Assembly (NCBI GenBank): GCA_049429145.1
Contig: JBMTAX010000001.1
Coordinates: 1-32,918, forward strand
Reading direction: 5' to 3'
DNA: 32,918 nucleotides
DNA from: Myxococcota bacterium
Lineage (GTDB): Bacteria; Myxococcota; UBA727; CAYLZW01
The translations under genes were made by a program, and so were the position numbers. Under the pieces are notes generated by a model. The model ran no database searches, was not told the origin of the DNA, and worked only from the letters and a program-made list of their open reading frames with translations. Of this stretch, positions 1 through 8,717 are shown one piece after another (within the stretch, counting starts at the first letter, position 1; every line of letters begins with the position of its first letter).

Positions 1-801
1 GGCAAGACCACCTTCATCAAGCTGCTTCTTGGTCTCGCCCACCCGAGCGCAGGTACGGTCACGGTGCTCGGGGGCTCCCCGGGTGACGTCGCTGTCCGGC
101 GACGCATCGGCTACCTGCCCGAGCGCCTCGAGCTGCCACCAGCTTTCTCCGCTTTCGACTTCTTGCGCGGCGTCGCGCGCCTCAAAGGCATCTCCAGCGT
201 TCTTGCCAAACACGAGATCCCGCGTCTGCTCTCCCTGGTAGGGCTGCCAGAAGAGGCGTGGCGTCGCAAAACCAGCGCGTATTCCAAAGGCATGAAGCAG
301 CGCGCGGGCCTCGCAGCTGCCCTTCTCGGAGCACCAGAGTTGCTGGTTCTCGACGAGCCTACCGATGGTATCGACCCTGTGGGGCGCGCGCAGCTCCGCG
401 ACGTCATTCTCTCGGCGAAGCGACAGGGTGTGACCGTGTTTTTGAACTCACACCTGCTGCACGAGACAGAGCGCCTGTGTGATCACGTCGCCATTATGCA
501 AGGGGGGCGTGTGGTGCGCGCGGGGGCGACCGAGGCGCTGCGCAACGAGAGTGCCTTCCGCGTGCGGTTTTGCGCACGCGAGGGTCTCGACGAAGCGGCC
601 GCACGGCACGGCTTCCTCCCCGACGAGGATGCGCGCGCCACAGGGCAGCTCGACCGCTTTCGCCTCGAGGGTGCTGACGTCGAGGTATTCTCACGGCGGC
701 TCGCTGCCGCTCTGGCTGCGGGGCTGCTCGTCGTGGAAGCCCAGCCTGCGATGCGAGATCTCGAGAGCTTGCTCCGGGAAACCATCGGGGGACCACGATG
801 A
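1..801 (+). CDS. ABC transporter ATP-binding protein (5' end cut by window edge)
   Basis: Frame 1 is open from nt 1. It shows GKTTFIKLLLG (end of Walker A), YSKGMKQRAGLAAAL (ABC signature variant), LLVLDEPTDGID (Walker B/D-loop) and NSH (H-loop). The TGA at 799-801 overlaps the next ATG (ATGA). Confidence 0.9.
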   Translation, partial: GKTTFIKLLLGLAHPSAGTVTVLGGSPGDVAVRRRIGYLPERLELPPAFSAFDFLRGVARLKGISSVLAKHEIPRLLSLVGLPEEAWRRKTSAYSKGMKQRAGLAAALLGAPELLVLDEPTDGIDPVGRAQLRDVILSAKRQGVTVFLNSHLLHETERLCDHVAIMQGGRVVRAGATEALRNESAFRVRFCAREGLDEAAARHGFLPDEDARATGQLDRFRLEGADVEVFSRRLAAALAAGLLVVEAQPAMRDLESLLRETIGGPR

Positions 802-1631
802 CCGTGCTCTACATCGCCGTCGACGTCGTACGCGAGCTCATCGCGCGGCGTGTCATGATCGCCCTCCTCAGCCTGCTCTCCCTCGGCTTCCTTGTGCTGG
901 CGCTGGCTCTCGATCTCGAGGTCGTGGAGGGCGCGCTTGCGGCGGGTCGATTGTTCGGCACGAGCCTCACGAGCACGATCGTGCCCATCGACGTGGTCAT
1001 GAACAATGTGTTCCAGCTGCTCGCCATGCAGGTGTTCTATCTCGGCGCGCTGTTCGGCATCGTCGCCACTTCTGACATTGCCCCCACATTGCTCTCGCCA
1101 GGTCGCATCGAGGCGTTGCTCGCACTGCCCGTGCGACGCATGGAGCTCGTCGTGGGCACCTTTCTCGGGGTCTTTGCCGTCGCGCTCATGACGGCCCTCT
1201 TCGCGGTAGGGGGCATCTCGGCAGTCCTGTTTTGGAAGGCAAAGCTCTTCACCCCAGCGCCCTTGGTAGGCGCTCTGATGGCGAGCTGCGCGTTCGTACC
1301 CCTCTACGGCGTGATGCTCCTCGTGGCTTCTTTGACGCGCTCGGCTGCGGCCTCAGCGGGTGCCGGCCTCGCCGTTTTTGTCGCAGGCATCGCCACCAGC
1401 GACCGAGAGGCCTTTCTCGGCCTGTTCTCGACGGGGTTCGCCCGCGACGCCATGTCGCTGGTAGTCGCGCCCTTGCCACGCTTCCCGGTCCTCGCTGACT
1501 TCGGGGCCAAGGTGGCGGGCGGTGACGTCGTAGCGTCACTTTCGCTGTGGGGCGCTCTCGGCGGAGCGTTCACCTTCGCAGGCGCCTGCATTGGTTTCGC
1601 GTGCCTCGTCGTGATGAGCAAGGATTACTGA
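798..1631 (+). CDS. ABC-2 type transporter permease (multi-pass membrane protein)
   Basis: 277-aa ORF with about 6 hydrophobic segments. It is coupled to the upstream ATPase by a 4-nt ATGA overlap and has strong GC3 bias. Confidence 0.7.
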   Translation: MTVLYIAVDVVRELIARRVMIALLSLLSLGFLVLALALDLEVVEGALAAGRLFGTSLTSTIVPIDVVMNNVFQLLAMQVFYLGALFGIVATSDIAPTLLSPGRIEALLALPVRRMELVVGTFLGVFAVALMTALFAVGGISAVLFWKAKLFTPAPLVGALMASCAFVPLYGVMLLVASLTRSAAASAGAGLAVFVAGIATSDREAFLGLFSTGFARDAMSLVVAPLPRFPVLADFGAKVAGGDVVASLSLWGALGGAFTFAGACIGFACLVVMSKDY

Positions 1632-1632
1632 T

Positions 1633-2736
1633 GTGAAAAGAGAGCGAGTCTTGTTGGCCGTGGGCTCCCTTGTGCTGCTGGCTGCCGCCGCGATGCTGAC
1701 CCGCTCCTCCACGGATCCGGTGGATGGGGCAACCCCTGTCGCAGCGTCACCCGCCGCCCAGAGGGAGCCACTCCGTTTCCCGCGAGACGAGACCCATCCA
1801 CGTTCGCGCGCGCGGACTTCGTCGTCGTCCCAGCCTACGGAGGAGCCCCCCACGAGAGCCCGCGAGGTCGACCGCATCCAGCGGGCCATGGCCGGCCCCG
1901 GCGACGGTGTTGTCTTCGTCGAGGTCAACGCGCTCCGTCACACCCGCCTCGTCGAGGAACTCCTCATGTGTCGCGGCGAGGAAGCGTCTGCGGGGCTCGA
2001 GCAACTGCGCGATAAAATGGGCATCGACCCGCTCGAGGACGTTGACCGCCTCGCCCTGCAAGACGGCGTGATGGCGATGAGCGGCTTCTTCGACGAGCTT
2101 GTGGTACCCGAAGAGTTCGGGGCGCCTCGCGCTTACGGCGAGGGCGGCGAGCTGTACACGTTGCCGCCTCCTTCTGACGACGAGGAACCTGCGCAGTATT
2201 TGGCCCGCGTCGGCAACGACTTGCTGCTCGTCGGCACCGATGAGACCGCGCTCAAGGGCGCGATCGATCGAGCAGAAGGCCGTGCGCCGGCTGCCTCGGG
2301 CTTATCGCCGGAGTTTACGCAAGGAGAGCTGTACGGGTCTCTCGGTACTGCTGCCCTCGGCTCCCTCCTCGAAGGCGGGCGCGGTGAGGCGCTTCCTGTT
2401 GCAGCGCTTTTAGGGCGCCTGGTCGAAGGCGCCACCGTACGCGCGTATGTCGATGATGCCGTGAGTCTCAGCTTTGACCTCGACACGGTGGGCGGAGAAG
2501 AAGGGGAAGATCTCGCCAAGGCCATCGGTGGCGCCATTGCGGGGGCACGGCAGGCGGCGTTGCGCGAGGACAACCCCGAGCTCGCTGCGCTTCTCGAAGA
2601 GGCACGTGTGCTGCGGCAAGACGAGGGCAAACTCGGCGTCGACCTCGCCATCCCTGGTGACATGATCTTGCGTGCCTTTGGCTGCGACAACGGCGCGGCA
2701 GCACCCGCACCCGTACCGACGACGCCAACAGAGTGA
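1633..2736 (+). CDS. Hypothetical exported or membrane-anchored protein
   Basis: GTG start 2 nt after the permease stop. The N-terminus (KRERVLLAVGSLVLLAAAAML) looks like a signal or anchor, followed by a Pro/Ser-rich linker and an acidic globular region. I recognise no family. Confidence 0.6.
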   Translation: MKRERVLLAVGSLVLLAAAAMLTRSSTDPVDGATPVAASPAAQREPLRFPRDETHPRSRARTSSSSQPTEEPPTRAREVDRIQRAMAGPGDGVVFVEVNALRHTRLVEELLMCRGEEASAGLEQLRDKMGIDPLEDVDRLALQDGVMAMSGFFDELVVPEEFGAPRAYGEGGELYTLPPPSDDEEPAQYLARVGNDLLLVGTDETALKGAIDRAEGRAPAASGLSPEFTQGELYGSLGTAALGSLLEGGRGEALPVAALLGRLVEGATVRAYVDDAVSLSFDLDTVGGEEGEDLAKAIGGAIAGARQAALREDNPELAALLEEARVLRQDEGKLGVDLAIPGDMILRAFGCDNGAAAPAPVPTTPTE

Positions 2737-3016
2737 GCGGCAAACCCGCGCGAGCGCATCCCATGCACGAGTAGACGCGCGGGTACCCCTGCGACCTACT
2801 CGTTGCTGCGCAGAATACGCGCGCTGGCGCCATGAGGCTCGTATCCCCACCCTCCTGCGACACGGAGGATCAGAAGGGTGCGTCCACTCTCTGCGCGATG
2901 GTCTCGCGCCGAATCCCATGCGCACCGTGCCGAACCCAGCGAACTCGTCTTCGTCCACCGAAGAAGAGAGTGAGGCTCACGCCTCAGACCTCGCACCACA
3001 GAAGTGACAATCAGTC

Positions 3017-5413
3017 ATGCGCCACATTCTTGGTTTTACCCTCCGAAGAAAGGCAGTGCATCGCGTGAAGACAAAGAAGCAACATCGTTCCCGCGTCACA
3101 TCCCCAGAGACAGCAACTCGCGCGCTTCTCGTGTTTGTCTCCTTGTCGACGGGAGGGTGCGCGTCCACAAACGACGGTCTTGAAAAGAAGAACATCCCAC
3201 CAGAGCAAGCAGCCACCACCGCCAGCGGCAAAAAAAGGCCCTACACCATCGAGGATTGGTGGCCGAATCGTTTAGATCTCCGTGCGCTTCGGGCGAATGC
3301 GCCCGCGGGCGATCCCACGGATGAAGACTTCGATTATGCCTCTTCGTTCGGTGAGCTTGACCTCAACGCGGTCAAGAAAGACATCGCCGATGTGCTGACC
3401 AACTCCCAGGAATGGTGGCCTGCCGACTGGGGCAACTACGGCGGTCTGATGATTCGCCTGGCTTGGCACAGCGCGGGAACCTATCGCGCGATCGACGGTC
3501 GAGGTGGCGCAGCCTCGGGAGCCATTCGATTTGCACCTCTGAACAGCTGGCCAGACAACGCCAATCTCGACAAGGCAAGAAGGCTGCTCTGGCCCGTAAA
3601 GAAGAAATATGGGCGTAGCCTTTCCTGGGCCGATTTGATGGTGCTCTCAGGGAACGTCGCTTTCGAGACCATGGGCTTGAAAACTTTTGGATTCGGAGGT
3701 GGCCGGGTAGATGTCTATGAGCCGATGGATATCAATTGGGGCCCCGAGACTGAATGGCTCGCAGACGAGCGCTTCTCGAAAGACGGCAAAGTCCTCGAAC
3801 CTCCGTTGGGGGCGACGCAAATGGGTCTGATTTATGTGAACCCCGAGGGCCCCCAAGGGAATCCTGACCCGCTCCTCGCTGCCGAGCACATTCGAATCAC
3901 ATTCGGCCGCATGGGCATGAATGACGAGGAGACCGTGGCCCTGATCGCCGGTGGACACACGCTCGGCAAAGCGCACGGCGCGGCCCCCGCTGGCCCCTAC
4001 GTAGGTGCCGAACCAGAGCGTGCCGCTGTCGAGGAGCAGGGCTTTGGCTGGAAGAACACCTACGGGACCGGCAAGGGAAAGGACACCATCACCAGCGGCC
4101 TCGAAGGGGCGTGGACACAGAGCCCGACGCAGTGGTCGCAAGGGTACTTTCAGAATCTTTTCGGCAACGAATGGGAGCTCATCACGGGCCCCGGCGGTGC
4201 GAAACAATGGTCCCCGAAGAGTGGCGCGGCCTCCGTTCCGGATGCACACGTCACCGGCAAAATGCAGAAGCCCATGATGCTGACCACCGATCTCGCGATG
4301 CGCTTCGACCCGGCCTACGCGAAGATCTCGCGCCGGTTTCTCGAGCATCCAGAGGAGTTCAATCAAGCCTTTGCCAAAGCCTGGTACAAGTTGACCCACC
4401 GCGACATGGGTCCACAGAGTCGCCTCGTTGGCGCGGAGGTCGCTCCTGCGCAGCTGTGGCAAGATCCGGTGCCACCAGTGGAACATCCCCTCGTCACCGG
4501 TGTGGAGCTCGCCGAGCTGAAGAAACTGCTCCTCGCCTCGGGACTCTCGGGCTCGCAGCTCGTGAAAGCCGCGTGGTCGTCAGCGTCAAGCTATCGCGAC
4601 ACCGACAAGCGAGGCGGCGCCAATGGTGCGCGCGTTCGTCTCACGCCGCAGCGCGACTGGGCCACGAACGAACCTACAGAACTGAAGGCAACCCTGGCCA
4701 AGCTCGAGGCGGTGCAAAAGCAATTCAATGGATCGCGCAACGACGGCAAGCGCATCTCGCTGGCGGACCTCATCGTGTTCGGTGGCAATGTCGCCATCGA
4801 AGAAGCCGCGGCGAAAAGCGGATACAAGGTCGAGGTACCCTTCGTGCCCGGCCGCACCGACGCAACCCAAGAGCAGACTGACGCCAATACCTTTGCGTTT
4901 CTCGAGCCGGCATCGGATGGTTTCCGGAACTACATCGGTGGCCTCGGTCCACAGCAGGCCACCGAGCAGCTCGTCGAGCGTGCAGATATGCTGACGCTCA
5001 CGGCCCCGGAGATGACCGTGCTCGTCGGCGGGTTGCGGGCGCTTGGTGCAACCCACCCCGGGACGATCGACGGATTCATGACGCGACCAGGGGCCCTCAG
5101 TCATGAGTTCTTCATCGCGCTCCTCGACATGGATGTGGAGTGGAGCAGGTCATCGACGGACCCCACCCTATATGAAGGCAAGAGCCGAAAGACGGGGGCC
5201 ACCCTCCGTCGTGGGACGGCGATTGACCTTGTATTCGGGTCTCACGCGCAGCTGCGCGCACTCGCTGAGGTGTATGCAGCGGACGACGCTGGTGAGAAGT
5301 TCGTCACCGACTTCATCGCAGCTTGGACCAAGGTGATGAACCTCGATCGCTTTGACCTGCGCATGTCCGCCACCGCGACGAGTGCGGCGCGCCCGCCCGT
5401 CACAAAGGGATGA
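3017..5413 (+). CDS. katG: Catalase-peroxidase KatG with N-terminal signal/lipobox-like extension
   Basis: Diagnostic KatG motifs are present: [43 protein letters not shown], and a two-domain length. The extension KTKKQHRSR...[15 protein letters not shown] precedes the catalytic core. The start is uncertain: ATG 3017, or in-frame GTG at 3056 or 3065. Confidence 0.95.
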   Translation: MRHILGFTLRRKAVHRVKTKKQHRSRVTSPETATRALLVFVSLSTGGCASTNDGLEKKNIPPEQAATTASGKKRPYTIEDWWPNRLDLRALRANAPAGDPTDEDFDYASSFGELDLNAVKKDIADVLTNSQEWWPADWGNYGGLMIRLAWHSAGTYRAIDGRGGAASGAIRFAPLNSWPDNANLDKARRLLWPVKKKYGRSLSWADLMVLSGNVAFETMGLKTFGFGGGRVDVYEPMDINWGPETEWLADERFSKDGKVLEPPLGATQMGLIYVNPEGPQGNPDPLLAAEHIRITFGRMGMNDEETVALIAGGHTLGKAHGAAPAGPYVGAEPERAAVEEQGFGWKNTYGTGKGKDTITSGLEGAWTQSPTQWSQGYFQNLFGNEWELITGPGGAKQWSPKSGAASVPDAHVTGKMQKPMMLTTDLAMRFDPAYAKISRRFLEHPEEFNQAFAKAWYKLTHRDMGPQSRLVGAEVAPAQLWQDPVPPVEHPLVTGVELAELKKLLLASGLSGSQLVKAAWSSASSYRDTDKRGGANGARVRLTPQRDWATNEPTELKATLAKLEAVQKQFNGSRNDGKRISLADLIVFGGNVAIEEAAAKSGYKVEVPFVPGRTDATQEQTDANTFAFLEPASDGFRNYIGGLGPQQATEQLVERADMLTLTAPEMTVLVGGLRALGATHPGTIDGFMTRPGALSHEFFIALLDMDVEWSRSSTDPTLYEGKSRKTGATLRRGTAIDLVFGSHAQLRALAEVYAADDAGEKFVTDFIAAWTKVMNLDRFDLRMSATATSAARPPVTKG

Positions 5414-5675
5414 GCAGCTCCCGCGAACAATGAGTCTTCGCGCGATGGCACGAGGGGTCGCCACGGCCGTCGCGTTCGTCCTGGAATGCCCATCCGCGGT
5501 GTGCGGTGCCGACCCTACGAACTGCGACTTCGCGTCGCCGTCGTGGTGAAGAATCCCACGCGCAATTCCTCGTCGGGCAATGGTTGCATTCACCCTTGCA
5601 TCGAAGCCCTGCCCACGCGGAATGCCCTTTGCTTTGCTCGGGCATGGAACCGGTCATGGATAGCGGGGGTGGGCG

Positions 5676-6044
5676 GTGTCGGGGGTCGACTTCAGCGTCG
5701 TTGTGGAGCTCTGTGCCAAGGGCATTGATGCCGTTGGCGTCGCTGTCCTGGTCCTTGGCGTATCGTTCGCCTCGGTTCGTTACGTCGTGGCATGGCGGGC
5801 CGCGGACGCTTTCCGGCAATACCGACGGCGGCTCGGCGAAACGTTGCTGCTCGGTCTCGAGATCTTGGTGGCTGCTGACATTCTCGACACTGTGGGCATT
5901 GGAGCGAGACCCACGCGAGAGGCGATGCTCTCGCTGGCCGGCATCGTGGTCATTCGCACCTTTTTGAGTTTCTCGGTGGACATCGAGCTCCAGGGCCGTC
6001 TGCCCTGGCGTGCCACCCAGCCACGAAGAACGGACGCTCCGTAG
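5676..6044 (+). CDS. DUF1622-family small membrane protein
   Basis: 122 aa with a GTG start. The pattern LLLGLEILVAADILDTV...LAGIVVIRTFLSF matches the conserved DUF1622 core as I remember it. Confidence 0.7.
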   Translation: MSGVDFSVVVELCAKGIDAVGVAVLVLGVSFASVRYVVAWRAADAFRQYRRRLGETLLLGLEILVAADILDTVGIGARPTREAMLSLAGIVVIRTFLSFSVDIELQGRLPWRATQPRRTDAP

Positions 6045-6050
6045 ACCCCC

Positions 6051-6890
6051 GTGCCGCGCGTGAGCGAGATCTGCGACAATGTGGTGATGGATTCCATTTC
6101 CCCCAAGAGCCGTCGCTGGGTGTGCCTGCGCGGTCTCGTACGAGAGTCGCGTCATTGGGGTGATTTTCCGGCGCGTCTCTGCGCTGAAGTGAAGGGCTCG
6201 CTTTCCTCACCGCTTCTGCTCGACCTTCCTGGCGTGGGCCATGAGGCGGGGCGGCGTGTCCCATCGACGGTGAGCGGCTTTGTCGACGTGCTCCGACCGC
6301 GCCTTTTTCCCTCGCGCAGGCCCGACACCCGCGATTGCTTGCTGGCAGTTTCTCTCGGGGGAATGGTGGCCCTCGACTGGCTGGCCCGTTTTCCAGATGA
6401 CTTTGAATGTGCGGTGGTCATCAACACCTCGACGGCCGACCTCTCGTCTCCGTTCGCCCGTTTCCATCCTCGTCATATCCCCGCGATCCTTCGCGCGGCG
6501 TGGCGCGGCGGCATCGAGCGAGAGCGGATACTGCTCGACATCACCACGAACGACCCTGCTCTCGACCGCGACGCCGTGGCACGTCGTCATGCCACCTACG
6601 CCGAGGAGCGCCCCATCGGTGTGGGCGTCTTTGCAGCACAGCTTCTGGCTGCATCCCGCTGCCGTACGCCTCGGCGAGTCGAGGTGCCACTGCTCGTGCT
6701 GGCATCGAAGGCCGACCGCCTCGTCGACGTAAGGTGCTCGATGCGTCTCGCGGAGCAGCTCGGTTGCGAAATCTCGCTGCACGAGAGCGCCGGCCACGAT
6801 CTGCCCCTCGACGACCCCGATTGGGTCATCGCCGCGGTGCGCCGCTTTGTGAGCGGCGCGATGATGCCCGCGGAGCAGAGGGGGTCGTAG
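6051..6890 (+). CDS. Alpha/beta-fold hydrolase
   Basis: Nucleophile elbow AVSLGG, acid in SKADRLVD and His in ESAGHDLPLDDP, with a length typical of the fold. An alternative ATG start lies at 6087. Confidence 0.8.
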   Translation: MPRVSEICDNVVMDSISPKSRRWVCLRGLVRESRHWGDFPARLCAEVKGSLSSPLLLDLPGVGHEAGRRVPSTVSGFVDVLRPRLFPSRRPDTRDCLLAVSLGGMVALDWLARFPDDFECAVVINTSTADLSSPFARFHPRHIPAILRAAWRGGIERERILLDITTNDPALDRDAVARRHATYAEERPIGVGVFAAQLLAASRCRTPRRVEVPLLVLASKADRLVDVRCSMRLAEQLGCEISLHESAGHDLPLDDPDWVIAAVRRFVSGAMMPAEQRGS

Positions 6891-6903
6891 CGCGGCGGCG
6901 CTG

Positions 6904-7977
6904 TCAGATGGCCAAAGCCGGCAGCCCAAAGCGCACAGCCGCTCCAGGGCGCGCGTCGTCGCGGTGGTCGAAGAGGTGCATCTCTGGCAGGGCCCGGCCC
7001 TCTCCGAACCGTGCAAGGGCATCGTCACGCCAGTTGCGTACCGCATCGCGGTTGTGTCGCACTGCACCCGATACCGCGCCGAAGATGCCGCCCCCGTACC
7101 AGCCAAGTTCGAAAAGCGTCAGCACGAGCGCGACGCCCCAATTGCCGGAGAGCCAGGCGCTCACCGTCGCAAAAAGAAAGAGGCCGTTCCACAAGAACGA
7201 CGTCAACCCGACGCCGACCCGCCCGAGATAGAGGTGACCGAGACCGGGCACGAGTGACAACGCACCCGCGAGCAACGGGTTCTTGCGGTCGAGAGTGTCC
7301 CTCGCGGTGATGGTCTCCACCATGCCTTGTGCGGCCTCAGCGTGGGCGGCGCCATCAGCGGCGATCTGGACAAAGAGGGAGCGCGCGACGTCGAATTCAC
7401 CGGCGTCGAAATGCCCCCAGGCGAGCAGCCACCGTGCCTCATGGCGCATCGGTCCGGGCGCACCCTCGTCCTCCGCGATGACGCGAAAGCGCGGCTTGGC
7501 GAGTTCTGGTCGTTTGTCCTCGAGATAGGCGCGGCCAGCGCCGAAGAGCGCGGTCCAGCGTTGGGTAGGGTCGGAGGTGCGCTGTGCCACCCCGTCGAGC
7601 TGCCGGCCTGCAGCGTCCCACTGCTCCCCACGAAGAAGAGCCTCGCCGATGGCGAGAGCGGCACGAGGAGCCTCGTCGTGCCGTCCGCGCACCTCGAAGA
7701 GAAAGCGTCGATACTCCGTGATGGCGCGATACCAATCGCCGTCGACGAAGAGATGGTCTGCGAATGCGAGGCTCGCGGGCCTCTCTGGCATTGCACCGGT
7801 GTCGTCGGGGATGGGCGCCGCATCGCTCTCTGCCTGAGCGTTCTCGGTCTGAGCGACTTCGGCACCAGGCTCGCTCGGCGACGGCGAGGCTTGAGGCTCC
7901 TCGGCTGCAGCGAGCGCGGGGGCGAAGGCGAAGAGGGTGACGAGGGTAGCAAGAAGCGGCGTGGACATCGGGTTCAT
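6904..7977 (-). CDS. Secreted TPR-like protein with C-terminal transmembrane module (PGLGHLYLG motif)
   Basis: Signal peptide MNPMSTPLLATLVTLFAFAPALAAA, then helical TPR-like repeats, then 2-3 hydrophobic helices (LSLVPGLGHLYLGRVGVGLTSFLWNGLFLFATVSAW...). The ATG overlaps the upstream stop (ATGA at 7974-7977). Confidence 0.75.
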   Translation of the reverse strand: MNPMSTPLLATLVTLFAFAPALAAAEEPQASPSPSEPGAEVAQTENAQAESDAAPIPDDTGAMPERPASLAFADHLFVDGDWYRAITEYRRFLFEVRGRHDEAPRAALAIGEALLRGEQWDAAGRQLDGVAQRTSDPTQRWTALFGAGRAYLEDKRPELAKPRFRVIAEDEGAPGPMRHEARWLLAWGHFDAGEFDVARSLFVQIAADGAAHAEAAQGMVETITARDTLDRKNPLLAGALSLVPGLGHLYLGRVGVGLTSFLWNGLFLFATVSAWLSGNWGVALVLTLFELGWYGGGIFGAVSGAVRHNRDAVRNWRDDALARFGEGRALPEMHLFDHRDDARPGAAVRFGLPALAI

Positions 7978-8717
7978 TCCGGAAGCGAGGGCGTTGCTTC
8001 GATGACGAGGGGAAGTGGCCCTGCGGCGCTTGGCGCAGGAGCCTGCTTCGAGGCCTTGGGCGCTGGTGGTGGCACTTCGTGAGGTGAACCTGTGGGGACC
8101 AAAGCGGGGAGGGCGAGCGGCACCTCATCGACGTGCGGCGGAAAAGCGACGATGCGGTCGGGCAGCCAAAACTCATAGTTGTCGACGGGGTCGTAGTAGC
8201 GGGGCTGGGTCTCCCCAGGCAGCTCGAGTTCAGGCAGACGGCGTAAGGCCGACGAGTTCTCATCGGTGATGACCCGCTCTAGTCCGAGCAATACACCGAC
8301 GAGACCGTGGCGTGCCACCGCTTGGTTCGCGAAGCGCGAGCACGTCGGGTAGTGCTGACAGCGTGGCCCGTCGACCTTGGTGAGAAATCCCGAATAGAAC
8401 AACGCGGCGAGGTAGAGGGGATTTGCCGACAGAGCGCCTCCCACGCGATTGCCCACGTCGAGAGCGAGCTCTGGCAAATCGACGTCGGCGCGCAGCGCGG
8501 GCGCTGGGGGCCCGGAGGCGGGAACCTTCGCGGCATCGCCCGTCATGGGGTGAGGTCGACGAGGGCGTTGTGCGACGCCGCTGCGCTTGACCTCCCGGGA
8601 CTCACCCGCATCCCATGGCCCGAAGGGCGCATGCTGTTCGCCAGCGAAGCCGACCGACGACGACGCGACGAGGAACATGAGGCCCCACCAGGCCGCGGAG
8701 AAGAGTCCTTGCACCAT
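7974..8717 (-). CDS. Extended YidD-domain protein (divergent membrane protein insertion efficiency factor-like)
   Basis: The core LFYSGFLTKVDGPRCQHYPTCSRFANQAVARHGLVGVLLGLERV aligns with the YidD C-x3-PTCS-x-Y/F motif. I chose the ATG at 8717 (MVQGLFSAAWWGLMFLVASSS, signal-like) because it overlaps the upstream stop (ATGA). The longer ORF reaching 8861 is Arg-rich and looks spurious. Confidence 0.7.
   Translation of the reverse strand: MVQGLFSAAWWGLMFLVASSSVGFAGEQHAPFGPWDAGESREVKRSGVAQRPRRPHPMTGDAAKVPASGPPAPALRADVDLPELALDVGNRVGGALSANPLYLAALFYSGFLTKVDGPRCQHYPTCSRFANQAVARHGLVGVLLGLERVITDENSSALRRLPELELPGETQPRYYDPVDNYEFWLPDRIVAFPPHVDEVPLALPALVPTGSPHEVPPPAPKASKQAPAPSAAGPLPLVIEATPSLPE

Noticed and set aside
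2767-2803. Imperfect hairpin (ACGAGTAG...CTACTCGT around a GGGTACCC palindrome) after the 1633-2736 gene, considered as a terminator
   Set aside because: The 8-bp outer stem has a large, poorly paired interior and no U-tract. The evidence is too weak to list as a feature.
3005-3017. TGAC-N5-GTCA palindrome overlapping the first katG ATG, considered as a Fur/PerR/OxyR-type operator
   Set aside because: It has only 4-bp arms and matches no consensus box I know. It is too short to distinguish from chance.
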